Counted from the stretch's first letter, positions 25,187-40,224 are shown. The stretch is 64,000 nucleotides of DNA from Octopus bimaculoides (GCF_001194135.2 NC_068983.1:130836686-130900685), one strand, 5' to 3'. Notes: generated by a model from the sequence alone, not told the origin. A program made the numbers and translations.

Positions 25187-26350
25187 NNNNNNNNNNNNNN
25201 NNNNNNNNNNNNNNNNNNNNNNNNNNNNNNNNNNNNNNNNNNNNNNNNNNNNNNNNNNNNNNNNNNNNNNNNNNNNNNNNNNNNNNNNNNNNNNNNNNNN
25301 NNNNNNNNNNNNNNNNNNNNNNNNNNNNNNNNNNNNNNNNNNNNNNNNNNNNNNNNNNNNNNNNNNNNNNNNNNNNNNNNNNNNNNNNNNNNNNNNNNNN
25401 NNNNNNNNNNNNNNNNNNNNNNNNNNNNNNNNNNNNNNNNNNNNNNNNNNNNNNNNNNNNNNNNNNNNNNNNNNNNNNNNNNNNNNNNNNNNNNNNNNNN
25501 NNNNNNNNNNNNNNNNNNNNNNNNNNNNNNNNNNNNNNNNNNNNNNNNNNNNNNNNNNNNNNNNNNNNNNNNNNNNNNNNNNNNNNNNNNNNNNNNNNNN
25601 NNNNNNNNNNNNNNNNNNNNNNNNNNNNNNNNNNNNNNNNNNNNNNNNNNNNNNNNNNNNNNNNNNNNNNNNNNNNNNNNNNNNNNNNNNNNNNNNNNNN
25701 NNNNNNNNNNNNNNNNNNNNNNNNNNNNNNNNNNNNNNNNNNNNNNNNNNNNNNNNNNNNNNNNNNNNNNNNNNNNNNNNNNNNNNNNNNNNNNNNNNNN
25801 NNNNNNNNNNNNNNNNNNNNNNNNNNNNNNNNNNNNNNNNNNNNNNNNNNNNNNNNNNNNNNNNNNNNNNNNNNNNNNNNNNNNNNNNNNNNNNNNNNNN
25901 NNNNNNNNNNNNNNNNNNNNNNNNNNNNNNNNNNNNNNNNNNNNNNNNNNNNNNNNNNNNNNNNNNNNNNNNNNNNNNTATATATATATATATATATATA
26001 TTCATAAACATGCATGCACACCCACGCACGCAAATACAGATTCGCCAACAACAAATTAGAAATTGTGAACTCATATTTTTATTAGAAGTACCTTGCCGAA
26101 ATGGATTCGACTTTGAAATCTCCTTGAAACTCCAGAATCAGGCTGTCTTCTCTGATTCTCTTTCTGTATTCGCCCCCAGACGCAGAGTAGCTATAGTCAG
26201 CCGCCTAAGATACTTGAAATGTCTTTACATGCCACGACTAGAGCCTTTATATTGCATGGTAAATGCAAGCACCCAAAACTGGAGAGAACTGAGTTGTTTC
26301 TACCACTCATTAACAGTTCATAACCAATCGAATGCACTCAACTGGATATA

Positions 26351-27444
26351 CGAGAGGGTACCCAAAGGAACCAGAATCGTTCTCTGGGGTTCAAGACCGT
26401 TCTTGTTAGGGCTTCCGCTCATAGAAGCCACTTGATGCAACCCTCAGACATGAGTCTGCTGACTGGCGTCCGATTTGCCAACCGGCGTCGTCATATGAAG
26501 TCGTACTGTCACATTGTGCGTCTTTATTATGGAGTGCTTCTCCCTTATTTGTCGATTTTTGTGATGGCTGAAACAAAAGAACGGTGTGATTTCGTGAAAT
26601 TCTGTTTCCTGCTGTGGAAAACGGCAGTTGAAACCATTCTCATGCTTCAAACAGCTAACAAGGACGCTGCCACTAACAAAGCCCGAGTTTACGAGTTGTT
26701 TTCACACTTTAGGAATGGTCACTTGTCGCTTGAAGACAAACCTCGTTCAAGGCGAACGTCGACTTCCCGAATGAAAAGATCAGAAAAATTTATGAACTGA
26801 ACTTGGAGGACCGTCGCCGAACAACTGACGAACTTGTTGATATGACTGGTGTGTCCTGGAGCTCCTACCAACGAACTTTGAGCGAGGAATTGCGAATGAA
26901 AAGAGTAACAGCAAAATTTGTGCCTCGCTTGCTCATGGAAGATTAAAAGTAGTCACGACTGAATGCGTGTCATGAACTGAAAGAGTTGGAAGTGTATCCG
27001 AATCTTTTTAGGAGGTCATCACTGTTGGCGAAAGTTGGTGCTTCGGCTACGACCCGGAAATGAAGCAGCAATGAAGTTAATTGGATGCATTCAATGCCAC
27101 TACGCCCCCAAAACGTGCGCTAAGTGGAAGTCGAATGTCTAGATGATGCTGATTTGTTTCATCGTTGCGAAAGGAATTGTTCACACAGTATTTGTTCTTC
27201 CTGGTCAAACTGTTAACCAGACATTTTATTTGGGTGTTCTGCAGTGTCTGCGAGGCGCGGTTTGAATGTTAAGGTGGCACAGTGGAGAGTGATGGTTTCA
27301 TAACGATCGAACCCGGAACCATGTGGTTAATAACCAAGCTACTTACTACACAGCCACTCCTGCGCCTATAGGAATAAAATAATATTGAATAAAAGTGAAT
27401 AAAATAATATTGAAAATCACCGGTTTCTTTTGGGTACCCTCTTC
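26351..27444 (+). mobile_element. Decayed mariner transposon with TIRs and TA TSD; catalytic C-terminus missing
   Basis: MAETKERCDFVKFCFLLWKTAVET...EDKPRS N-terminus, KFVPRLL (WVPRLL-like), VITVGESWCFGYDPEMKQQ, MMLICF..KGIVH..FVLPGQTVNQTFY. TIRs CGAGAGGGTACCCAAAGGAACC and GGTTTCTTTTGGGTACCCTCTTC, flanked by TA. Confidence 0.88.
27305..27367 (-). mobile_element. tRNA-derived SINE head fragment (family B) inside the mariner
   Basis: Minus strand AGGCGCAGGAGTGGCTGTGTAGTAAGTAGCTTGG...CATGGTTCCGGGTTCGATC, with A-box- and B-box-like motifs. Confidence 0.65.
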
Positions 27445-27845
27445 TACTGATGAGGAATGAATACCTCTTGAAGCGGTTTTTCTTAGGGAAAAGTAAGCTC
27501 GAAAAACTAAGACTGGATAAAACAAAACTTCAGTAAAACTCGTTAAAATTATGAGTGAATAGGCTTAGGTTGGGGTAAACTGGAATTACTGGAAGCATTT
27601 GGTTATAAAAGCACTAAGTGTTTGTGAAAGGCAAGATTAAACTTGCGGAGCTGAAAGGAATAAAGTAAAATCTCCGTTCTAAGAATTTGAAAAGTTGTTA
27701 GTACGAGAACACGAATAATGAAACATAAAGATGTACATACACGCGTGTGTGTGAGTGTGTATGTCTGTGCCTGTGAGTGTGTGTGTGCGGGAATATGCGT
27801 GCATGTATGTATCATAAAGCACGTGCCAGTAATCTCGTATCAATA

Positions 27846-29083
27846 CAAGGTGCGTAAGGTATTTGAGGACATACCTTTTTTGAGGTCATTGCTGCATTTT
27901 TTGCTAACACTGTATAATCTTTGTTTCATAAAATAATAAAGGCCGACCCTCAGCTTACTGAAGAAATGAAGAGGCATGCTGTTATTGTGGTTATAAAGGC
28001 TGAGCAAAGCGATTTAGAAATATTTCGAATTTTTAAAAGTTGCCAGATCTTTCGTCTACAAAGTTTGTAAGGAGTTAGAGATTGAAGATGGAAACGTATC
28101 AAAGCATGAAAAGCATTCTAAATACTCTGAAATCATCAGAATACTTGAATTTATCCAGCAAGTTCAACAGACCCTTGATTATAATCCCAGAAATTCCATA
28201 AGGTCAATTGCAAAAGATTTCCATGTGTCAAAAGGAACTGTCAGTAATGTTGTCCACAAACACATCAGATATAAGCCACATATGATGAGGAAAGATAAAT
28301 TTGTCAGAATAAGCTAAATATAATCATTACATCAGATCTAAAAGGCTCTTAAACAAACTGAAAAATCCAGCAGAAGGAAATTTGATTTGGTTTTTCTCAA
28401 AGGAGAAAAAGTTCGACCACTATCAAAAAGTTATCAGAAGAAATGACACATTATGTGCAGACCATTCTCAAGTTCCAAGTGTTATGCATACAAGATTTCC
28501 TCTAACTATAATTCTTTTAGGGTTTGTCAGCAATGAAAGACATGTGATGTCTCCTTACTTCATTCCACAAGGCCTTCGAGTTAACTCTGACGCCTACATT
28601 GAGGTCCTGGAAACAATTATTAAGCTCTGGATAGACAGTGTACGCAATGGAAGGCTATACGTGTTTCAGTAAAACTCTGCACTATCACACATGGCTCTAG
28701 CAACACAGGAATGGATGGCTGAAAGTTTTCACGATCACATAACCCCTAACATTTGGCCTCCTAATTCCTCAGATCTCAATCCATTGGAGCGTTGTTGAGA
28801 GAGAGGTCAGTGAACAAGCCCATAACACTAAAGATTCTTTGAAAGCTGCCATAGTCAGAGTAATGTCTAAAATCAACCAGGACCACTTGATTCGAGCAAG
28901 TAGATGACTTAGATCTCATATACAAGCAGTTGTTGAACCTGAAGGTGGCTTTACTAAATAACATTAAAGAAAAGAAGGTTTATTTTTATCATCATAGCAT
29001 TTTTGGATAAATAAAGTTATCTGCTATCATATATCTGTTTGTTTTTTTATATATATAAACATAAATCTGTCTTACGCATCCTA
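27846..29083 (+). mobile_element. Decayed maT/DD37D-like Tc1/mariner transposon, near full length
   Basis: FFSKEKKF...MHTRFP..LGFVSNERHVMSPYFIPQGLRVNSDAY...VFQ*NSALSH...WPPNSSDLNPL; 37 residues separate the second and third catalytic positions. TIRs CAAGGTGCGTAAG (27846) and CTTACGCATCCTA (ending 29083) with TA flanks. Confidence 0.88.
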
Positions 29084-29406
29084 TATATCATATAATTCGT
29101 GCTAATATATAAGCAGTAAATATTTCTTGCAAGTATATGTGCTCTAAAATGTTATATTATAGGTGAGCTGTAATGCATTCTATGAGCTGTGGTTTATATC
29201 TTCTACTGAAACTATTTCATTATTTTAACACCATTAATGCGGTTGTAAAAGCATCAAGGTCACCCTTTCCATTCTACTTATGGTAAAATACCCTTCAGAC
29301 ACTCGGTCTAGTCAATGCAGAACAACAAACAGCATTTTGAACGGAAACTAGAAAACGGCCATGTGTTCGGAAAACTTATGATGTTGGCTCTCTGTCTCTC
29401 TCTCAC

Positions 29407-29446
<40 letters not shown>

Positions 29447-32400
29447 NNNNNNNNNNTATATATATAAACGAGTGAGTGGACAAATGTATATATATATATA
29501 TATTTGTTTCTCTGTTCGCCTACTTATCTTTGTAGCGATCACATTTTCCTCTCTCCTTCTGTTCAGATATTTAAATATTTACTTATTTTCACTTTCTTTC
29601 TCCCCACCTCTCTCTCTTTTTCACTTTTCTCTCTCTTCTCAATCCCTTGCTACCACACGAGGTCAGTAAATGTTGAAATATCAATTTCCGATAACAAATG
29701 TTTTGGGCATGTTTTATTCCATTATTCTCACATTCTTCCTCTATTTAGTTGATGGAATCAATGCGGACATATATATATAGACAAGTAAGTAAGCACAAGG
29801 CCTGACATTCTTTTTGGGACATATTTCTCTGCTACATTCAGTTACCGGGGATCAAGTGTCAAGTAGACTTTGGAGAGACATGAAACCATAATTTATATTG
29901 CCGTAACTAAAACTGCCAAACATTACGCCTATCCCTCTCCTATATTTAGAAATCCACCTCCATTTTGCTCATGATTTTAACAATTTTGCATCTTACACCA
30001 GTATTTATATCAGTTCATTAATTCTAGATACCCATCAACTACAAATTATTAGGGAGCAGTTATAAGAGACTGGATCAAATTAACCATATTTTTTGTCTTT
30101 CGAGTGTTGGCAATGGATATGTTAGAAGCAACAGCGATTTTGTTATTTTTTCAAAGTTTATACGGATACATTAAATAATTAAATATAGAATGCTACCTGA
30201 TGAGTTACAAGACGGTCATAATCTCATTGATCAAGTATACTTTGTTTAACTGGCTTTAAACATAGCAACAACAGAAAGAACAAACACATTCTTCTGTGAG
30301 CCTGCATCAAAGCCTTTTTGTAGGTGCTTCATCTTTAAAAATAGTATTTAATATGTCCTTCAACTCGTTCATGAATTTGAACTCGAAACACAAAAGGACG
30401 TCAGGTATACTGTCTCACACTCACTAGAAGAAATTTGCTGCCCAGAGTCAAAATAATATTAATTTTTAGTACAGGAACAATGTTTATCGAAGGCAAACAC
30501 AGACTTACAAATACTTAAAAATAAAATAAGCATTGGAATGGAATTCTTATAAGATTCAATTTTGAAACCAAACTGTCAGAGATGAAGCAAGAAGCATTCA
30601 CACTTCAGCTGGGATGAATTATCGCTTTAATATTCAAAACTGGAAACATCATATGCCAGACTTGGCAGAAAAATATAAAAATACACGACTGCATTTAGAA
30701 TACACCATCCAAAATCCGATGCGGGAAGATTATATTTACCATGAATACATGCAGCAAGAGCTCTTAAAAATGATCTGGAAATATCTATTATCGGCCTACA
30801 ATCATGTGTAGTAAAGAATATTGTGAAACTAATATAAATAGCTACAAAATCAACACAAAACACAAACTGTTTTCTGTCTTGAAGGAAGTAAGTCAATATA
30901 CATATATACGTACATATATACATACGTGTGTGCGCGTATGTGTGTGTGCGTATGTGTGTGTGTGTGTGTCTGTGTGTATGTATGTACAACGAGTATGGTA
31001 ACACACCCACAAGGAAAGAATGAGCATAGAAATTATAAAAAGGGAAGGAACACAATCACTAAGAAACGGAGAAAAAAAAGTCCATCAGTTAACTAAGAAA
31101 TATAAGAAAGATGAGAAGAAACAAACAATTAATACATTTTATATCTCCCCAATTTGCGCTGTAATGGAAGTGTGTTAATATGCTCCTAAACGAAATGAAG
31201 GCTTTATCTAAATATTACTACCTACTACAGAGATATATAAACAGCGACTCATAATTTACACATATACACAACATAAAGAAAATTACACTGGTATCTACTG
31301 GAGTGATTGTAATACAATAACATCTTGGTATTTTGCACATGTGACGTAGAGTAACCACAGAATATAGACGTATACGAAACCTACAGCAGATACTGCAAGG
31401 TAAGACACACATATTTCCCAAATTGCCTCATGATTTACTGATATACCCTACATACCGAAAATATTAAATGGCATAGAGTACCTTAACATATCTAGACACT
31501 AAGCACATATTCTTACGGCTCATCCGTATTTACACTTATTTCCTATTTGCATACCCCTAGAAAGTATGAAAATGGCCAATATTTCTTTCAAACTTTGCTT
31601 TTGCTATATTTGTTCAAACCCCCAAAGAATCCTCCTCAACACATGGTTATGATGCTCCCCAACTACTCCTGCTCATCAGTTGACTTACACATATTGCCAG
31701 CCACTTAGGGACATGTTGGGGTGGTTATGGTCAAGCAATTGACAAGCAAATCTGTGGTATTGAGCAGAATATTTGCTTTAACGATATTCCTATTTTAGCA
31801 ACTAAGCGCAGATTATGTATGAAATGTAATGGAAAATAGATCAGTTTCAAAACATCGATGTCCAGGTCACGAAAGCAAAGTTTGAAGAAAAAGGTAGTCA
31901 TTTCCTTCGATTTCTTGATAGAAGCAAATAAGAACTAAAATTTACTGACCAAAGACAAAAGAATATCCGAGGAACTTGGATAGTAACATCCTTTTAATAG
32001 GATNNNNNNNNNNNNNNNNNNNNNNNNNNNNNNNNNNNNNNNNNNNNNNNNNNNNNNNNNNNNNNNNNNNNNNNNNNNNNNNNNNNNNNNNNNNNNNNNN
32101 NNNNNNNNNNNNNNNNNNNNNNNNNNNNNNNNNNNNNNNNNNNNNNNNNNNNNNNNNNNNNNNNNNNNNNNNNNNNNNNNNNNNNNNNNNNNNNNNNNNN
32201 NNNNNNNNNNNNNNNNNNNNNNNNNNNNNNNNNNNNNNNNNNNNNNNNNNNNNNNNNNNNNNNNNNNNNNNNNNNNNNNNNNNNNNNNNNNNNNNNNNNN
32301 NNNNNNNNNNNNNNNNNNNNNNNNNNNNNNNNNNNNNNNNNNNNNNNNNNNNNNNNNNNNNNNNNNNNNNNNNNNNNNNNNNNNNNNNNNNNNNNNNNNN

Positions 32401-34399
32401 NNNNNNNNNNNNNNNNNNNNNNNNNNNNNNNNNNNNNNNNNNNNNNNNNNNNNNNNNNNNNNNNNNNNNNNNNNNNNNNNNNNNNNNNNNNNNNNNNNNN
32501 NNNNNNNNNNNNNNNNNNNNNNNNNNNNNNNNNNNNNNNNNNNNNNNNNNNNNNNNNNNNNNNNNNNNNNNNNNNNNNNNNNNTGTGTGTGTGTGTGTGT
32601 GTGTGTTGTTGTTGTACTTGGGGATGGTCATATTGCCAGTTTAGTCAATATATATATATATATATATATACGTATATATGAGCGTTCTTTTTGAAAGAGA
32701 TTTTCGATTCTTTAGCAGCAGCTAGGAATGAATGAACCAAGATCCAGCACTCCAATTATTACCGCACTAGGTTTTTAATAATATAATAGTGCTGAGTTTT
32801 ATTAACAGGAAATTTATACCATACAGTATTTAATTTTTTCATCCCACACATTTTAGTCTGCACCTTACTAAAAGCATGCATTTGACTATGTGATATCTAT
32901 AATACTTCCCTTCAATTTGGAAGTAAATTAGTATTCATAACTTGAAATAACTGTGGTAATTTGATAATATTCTGTACTGCTTTAGAAAATGTAACCTAGA
33001 AGATTAGCAGACATGGCGACGCATAGAGGAAATCGTAGTTTATGAATAATGTTAAATAATTACAAGTATTAAGCAAATACATGAAATCATTGTCGCTTAT
33101 GAGTAATTTAATATCGGAATTATGGGTAGGAAATTATTTATGATAATTGTATTAAATTCCTTGTATGAATATTAATTATTATATTGACTGCTGAAGGCGA
33201 TGTGTTAACAAACTCGGTGGAGTTAGATGAATTGCCTTAGCAGCTTATGTTCCAACATTTTCCGTCTGAGTTCGCTTCACTGTGAGGTCATCTTTGCCTT
33301 TCTTCCGTCTTGAGACGACAAACGATATCATCATTCAATACTTCGCAGTCGATATAACGCTGTGTCCTTTCCACCCCACAGAATTCTAATATAACTGTAT
33401 ATCTTAAATTGTTCCTCGGTGCCTCTTAGAATATAATGCCTTTGGTATCAAAGATATCATCACTCATTGTTCTTACATGTTTTAGCTCTTCAGTCGCTGC
33501 TACAGAAGCTAAGATTCATGAGGGGCGTCCCATTCAAAATGGGAAATGCAAAAGACACGGACGAAATCGTTCCCGATTTTATATCCATCGTGCTGTCGTG
33601 CCTTTCTTTGTGATTTATGAGCAAGTACGGTAACATTCTCAGCGAAATACTAAGTGTACGTAGCTTAAGTAAATAGTCTTATTTCGAAGACGTTTAAGTT
33701 GGGGGACTATGAAGGACTATTGTAATTCCCTAACAAGTAGTGCCATTTGGAGATGAAATCTGCAGGCATTGATATTTCTCAACTGAACCACTGTAAGATT
33801 CTTGCAGAGCGACGAAGCTCTTCTTATGCTCTCTTTCAGTGTCTGAACATTGAGTACTTGTGGGGTAATGTTGAACAAATTTTGTCGTTTAGTATGACAC
33901 AGATCCGTTTATTAGCCGTATCCCGCTACCCTCGTTTGATCGGGTTGAACAATTAGCTTTCCTATAGCTGGTGATTAAATCGAAATAGCTTGTAATGTGA
34001 TCATAATTAAATGAAATGAGTATGACACTTCCTCTTTGGCCAGCTCCTCGTCACTTGTGAGATCGGTGAATGTGGATATGATAGAACGCTATAAATTACT
34101 GAAGAATCATAAAAATGATGAGTATGGCCTGAGTCTATAGGTATGAGAACACACCTGAGTGCAGGTGCATAAGCTTGACAGTCAGGGCAATCCAAGGTGT
34201 GTCTTATACCTATTCTTTGTTCTTCACTTTCGATTCTGTGGAAACCTCCACGTTTTTATGTAACCTCTGGTTAACCCCCATGTACAGTCCTTGTTGCGAG
34301 TTAATAATTATTATTATCATTAGGTCGACTTTCCTGTCATTCTTTCGAGGTCGATGAAATAAATACCAATCATGTACTGGGATTGATGTATCAACTAGC

Positions 34400-34587
34400 C
34401 CCCACCACCACCATCCCACCACCACCATCCCACCACCACCATCCCACCACCACCAAAACCTGATCCTTCAAAAACTTTCGGCCTTGAACCTACAGTAGAA
34501 AGGATCATTTGTGTGATTAGATTTACATTGTGTGTGATTAGATTTACATTGTGTGTGATTAGATTATTTGTGTGATTAGATTTACAT
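34400..34587. repeat. (CCACCACCATC)n followed by a 19-21-bp minisatellite (TGTGTGATTAGATTTACAT) x~4
   Basis: Directly visible. Confidence 0.85.
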
Positions 34588-35139
34588 CCTTACAATCTTG
34601 TTAAGGTTTATGAAGCAAACAATTCTTGCTTTAGGAACACTTTTTCACCTTCGTTTTTTGCTTGTTTTTTTTTTTCCTTTTAGTTTTTGTAAATTTCCCT
34701 ATCCACCTCTATTTTCTTTGAAGAGCACATTAATATTTTATGTTCCTATGAAAGAAACAGTTCAAATTGTCAATAAAGAAATATGGGGTATATTGAAGAC
34801 TGCAAGAATAAGCTGTAGCCTTGAGGTAAAAACTAACTCATTTATAACTGCTATTTGAAAATACGCCAGTCCTACCTTGACCTCTCCATCTCACAGAGCT
34901 TCCGTATGGTGAATCTACATGCTGGATGTAGCAGCCAAATATAACTCTTACTTTTAAAAGAAATGTTACATCGTATAATATGGACATAGATATTATAGTC
35001 CAAGGGAGGACAGAAGTTCTAATCACAGTTGGATTATCTTTTATCATAGGTCTATATTAATTGTCTAATGAACAACAATGAACAAGACAAAAAGAAATCA
35101 ATCCTTTCAACATAGCTTTCACTGCATTGTGTGGTTGCT

Positions 35140-35140
35140 T

Positions 35141-35213
<73 letters not shown>

Positions 35214-35600
35214 TATGCGTGTGCATATATACATATATATACACACACATACACACATATATACACACAAACGCACAAACACACATACATGTATATATAC
35301 ATACAACATATATACGCACACACATGCAAACACACACAGAAACATGCGAACAGACCACATGAACTCAATTAGGTAGATACATATGCCAACATACACGTGT
35401 GTATATACATATGCAATCACACATACAGAGAAACATATACACGCATATACAAGCATTTATCTAAATACTCGGATATAAGCACATACACGTGTATGACAAC
35501 TTGCAAACACATACACGTGTAAACACACAAACGCCTCAAACACGCATGTAAATGCATACGCATACAGAGATACGCATACACACACACGCAAATGCGTATA
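35140..35600. repeat. (CA)n/(TA)n and degenerate RY-alternating tract
   Basis: Directly visible. Confidence 0.85.
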
Positions 35601-36099
35601 ATGCCATAAGAAACAAAGATTGTCTTCTTGTAGTGTCACATGATAGAAATAACAGCGAAAGCTGTGTCACATTATATCGTACCACTGTTTAAAAATAAAG
35701 ACTAGTTTGATAAGAAAGCTGGATTGCCACGTCAAGAATGGTGCTTTTGAGAATATCTGTTTGATGAAAGAAGCCCATGTTCAACTGATATTGACGCCAA
35801 CATGGCCTTTCACTAACTTGATAAACAAAGTACCTCTCCACTACTGCAGGTTGCTTTTGAAATATAGAACTGGTCTTGTTGAAATAATAGTTCACGATTG
35901 TTTCGAAGTTGTTTTGGTGATTGCCTTCGTAAATCGAGCAGATCTCTGATCAAAAGCTCTCTAGTTGTGATCATTTCATTTTTTTGCATATCTAGAAATG
36001 CATTTCAATGTGCGTTTCTTTTGTAAGCAAATGCTTCCAACCATTTCACTTGATTTAGCTAAGAAGTTGGTGTCTTGTTAAAAAACAAAACATCCGAGG

Positions 36100-36480
36100 G
36101 AAGCCAACGGGAAAAACTTTTTTGCATTCTTACGTGAAAATTTTATGACAATTTCCTCGATTTATTGAGGAGGGTTATTAAAATATATTTTGCTTATTCG
36201 AAAATGAGATGAAAGAAAATGAAAAGGTGTGTCTATGCGGTTAGTGGTTTAAAGAAACAGGACTCATTATTGAAACCTCAGCTTCCTTACAAGAAGGTTT
36301 TATTTGAATATTGACCTTCAAGAGATTGTCCATGTAAGAATCTTCTATAGCAGGAATTTTGTAAATAAACATTACAATCTCCATTTTCCTTAGAATTTTA
36401 AATTGTCATTGATGATTACAAAGAAGAACATTCACATCGTTGCAATGTCACGAATCTTTTGCTGCCAAATTAAAAATGAA
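36100..36480 (+). mobile_element. Fragment homologous to 41700-41880 (probable piggyBac-like relic)
   Basis: Shared blocks gtggtttaaaga..gactc.ttatt and cattacaatctcca...ccttagaatttt.aattgtcattgatga (IVID motif). Confidence 0.4.
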
Positions 36481-38647
36481 AAAACATGTGTTAAATATTG
36501 TAGTCTTAGATACACTATGCTTGAAAGTTTAACGAAATGGCCACGACAAGAAGATAGAATTGATCGTTATTGAAATGAGGCGAAATAAGAATAACAGCAC
36601 ATTTCTCTACTGTTATTATTACTTAAGCACTATCACAATAAACAAAAAGAAATTTTAGACATTCTTGTCATAATTATGCAAAGAGAGTATAATAATTGAT
36701 GAAATGTCTTACATTACGGTTAAGATTGATAAGACCTACTTCGTGTTAATTATTATCAACCGTTTTCCAACTGTGTGCCGCTAATCTTATTAAGTAAATG
36801 AGAAAGAACATGATCTCTTCAAAACAGCGTTACTGAGATCGCTAGTAACTGATATTTTACGATGAGGTCGTCAAAGTTTCTAGAAATTACCATGAAATCT
36901 TCTAATTATTCGCTAACAATTTCAAGAAAAGTAGGAACACATTGAAATGCATTCCCAGATTAGCAAAAAGATGGAATGATTACATTTGGAGATCCTAGGT
37001 TTGCTCGATTAATGAAAGCATTCGTCAAAACAGCGTGGAAAAGTTGTGAACTATTATTTCAACTTGACCAGTTCTGTATAACCTACATACATTCTTGTAA
37101 AGCCAATCACTCTGCCCACATAAATACTTTATTAAACAAAGTAAAATCTTGGTTTCGCTAAGTCATATAAAATCCTAAACGTCCGTATTTTTTTCCTTTA
37201 TTTAATGAATTAATCAAATCAATATTTGTTTTGTTTTTACCCAACGCATTATTACATCTAGTTACGAGGGGTGTTCATAAAAATTTCCCCTGGTCTACTT
37301 CGCAAGGACTGAGTTAACCGAAACTTGGCATAATTATTAGTCCTTCTCTATATACTGGAAATTGCGTAGAACAAAATAGATTAAAAGAAGAAAAGATCGT
37401 ATGAATTTTTATTTCAATTTTGCTTAGTTGTTCCACTTCCAGTCAATAATACGTTATATGCTTTTAAAATTCCCCTCAGACAAGCACTTTCTCACTTTCA
37501 TTGACCACTGAGTGACAGTATAATGTTTCGGCTGGCTATTTTGCTCTTTCACTCACTCACACATTCCCTCTTCCTCTCTCATTTACTCACACACTCTCTC
37601 TTCCTCTCTCACTTATTCTCACATTCCCTCTTCCTCTCTAAAACTCCACCTCCTCCTCTCTAAAACACTAAAGCGCAAAGTGTGAACGAACCTGTAGAAG
37701 AATAATATTTTACGTTTAGCTCAATAAAAAAAGTACTTTTCACTAGAGCAACACACCACCACCGCTATCATCTCGCCCTCTTTCGCCCTCTCTCCCCCTC
37801 TCTCTCTCTCTCTTTGTCGCTATTCTTTTCCCATCATCACTACCAAAATAACGGTTTTATATACACCAAAGACCTGTTCTCTCGCATCAAGCAACAAACC
37901 TCTACATAGTCTCTTGACCTGTGAGAGATAGCAGCCTGATTTCTTCAAATCACATCCTCACGACTTGCGAAGTGACATGCTGGACAAAGTGGCTCATTAT
38001 ATTATGATACTTCTCTTTTCTCACCTGGGAAGGATGAAAACCAAAGTTGACATATGTGGGATTTGAAATCAGAATCATGCTACAATGTTAATAAATACCA
38101 CAGCACATTTTGTGCCTAACGCTTCATTTTGTTAATCTGTCGTTTTTGCTTTTGTTTTTGTTTTTTGGTTTTATTTTTGTTAGAACACCTTAAATATAAT
38201 GGTAAGCCAGAAGGTTTTAATATCCATTAAGGAGAATCTTTTTTTCTCTCTCGTTTTAGCTAAATATATTGGCATATTTTTAAGAAACAAACATAGTATA
38301 TCCACGAAAAAAAAAATGATACATGTATAATATTCTTTCGTGGCATATTTTTAGTGATGATAAAACCAAATAGATCAATCAACAGAAGCATAACCAAAGT
38401 AATCTCAGATTCTCTGGAATAATGAACGTCATATATATCTATAGATTCTTTTATAAAGAGAGACCAAGTTACAGAATAAATGCACAAGTTATGAGTCTAA
38501 CATTTTATATTCTTTGATAATAAATTATATCTTTTTGAAGACAGCCCAAGCTGCAGTGATAACGGGGTAAAACAACTAAATATTTACTTTATTAAGAGAA
38601 TCTGTAGAGATAGAGCTGCTTTAATATTAATGCTTGTGTTGTTGTTG

Positions 38648-38707
<60 letters not shown>

Positions 38708-39156
38708 GCATTAGTATTATTACTATTTTTCATAACAAAGAACGTATAATGGTAGAATCTGTAAAATTCTTGCAATATTTATTCCTGTTCTTTACATAGT
38801 GAATTCAAATCCCGTGGAGGCCAACTTTGGTTTTCATCACCTACACTGCCGATAAAATGAAGTACCAATCCATAATATAGCCCCAGTAGTTAACTGGTAT
38901 AAGTGACTTACCTTTCTCCAAAATTAGAGCCGGAATTGCACGTAAATCAGAAACAATTAAATGGTCGTGGATTGATAGAATTTTAAGAGTGTCAAACAAA
39001 ATATCTTATAGTATTTGTTCCGGATCTTTGATTTCCTAATTCAAGCCAGGCAAGGCCAGTTTCGTTTTGCATCCATTTGGGGTCGATAAAATAACGACTA
39101 AACACCTTAAAATTTATGGAAAGTACTTTTATAAGAATTTTTTTTTTATCAGCATT

Positions 39157-39367
39157 AAGACAGTGAGCTGGTGGAATCGTTAACACGTCGGAAAAAAAAA
39201 TGCTAAGTGTTATTTCTCCCAGCTCTTTATTTCCTGATTTCGGATTCCGCCCAGAACTCTGCCTTTCAAATGCAGTCGATAAAATAAGTACCAGTTCAGG
39301 TCTGAGTTGATGTAATTGACTTACTCCTTTTTGTACACCGGCTGGCCTTGTACCAAAATTCGAAACG
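39157..39367 (+). mobile_element. Degenerate SINE (family C)
   Basis: Similar to the reverse complement of 40225-40420 (gagctgg..gaatcgttaacacg; gtcgataaaataagtaccagtt). Confidence 0.6.
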
Positions 39368-40224
39368 ATTATTTATCACCATATTTGCAACTGATTTAAC
39401 TCTGTCAACTTGAAATGTATACAGTGTTGTTTTTAGTGCATGTAGAATTTTGTTTGTATATTACATCAGGCTTCCTGATGAATTCGTTTCGTTCTTGCAG
39501 ATAATTTATTTTCTTACCGATTAGATATATCTATTTTCTTGTTGTATAGATTAAGTAAAATGGGTGTTGCTTCATTTTGATGGATGGTTTGTATGTATCG
39601 TGCATTGTTTGTCACTGGTGTAATGTGATTTAGTCTCAGACACATATTGGTTAGAATATTGTTGTAAAGCATGTGTGGATTTTGTAATATTATAAGGTGG
39701 AAATTGTATAGAATGTCAGTTGCAAGTTGTTGTTGATATCACATGATACTGATTATTCAAAAGACAAGCGTTTGTCACGATAAAATACAAGTAACGCAAG
39801 GAAAGTCTATTGCATCTCGTATGCAGACGGCAGACATTTCGTTAAGTCCGTCAGAATATAACGCCAATTTTTAACAATGTATCATTCTCCATTTCCGTAG
39901 TTTTCTTGCTCTTGAAGCTACAGATGTATAGTATTGGTGGAAGCAATCATAATTATCCTCTCGTGGTTGCAGCATCACCCTATTTCAATGGCCTTCAGTT
40001 TCTAGATATAAGTTGGGTCTTGCTACATTGGTGGCTGCTTCCTTAATAGTCACGACCCAAGACATTAGAAATTAGAATTGGAATTATTTGCAAGGGTGGT
40101 CATATTCTTTTATAGAAAATGACTAAGCATGGAGGTAAAAGACAGGCTGATAACTTTAGAGTGAAAGGGATTGAGATAGGGAAAACACAATGGAAGAGAT
40201 AGAAATTAAGAAAAGAGCAAAACT

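Noticed and set aside
27447-27485. Hammerhead-like CTGATGAGG...CCTC
   Set aside because: No GAAA after stem II and no stem I/III pairing.
29950-30810. Possible RTE-like LINE remnant
   Set aside because: Only vague motif resemblance; no diagnostic YADD/QG motif recoverable by eye.
37263-37500. Mariner-like terminus TACGAGGGGTGTTCATAAAA
   Set aside because: No matching opposite TIR or coding remnant found.
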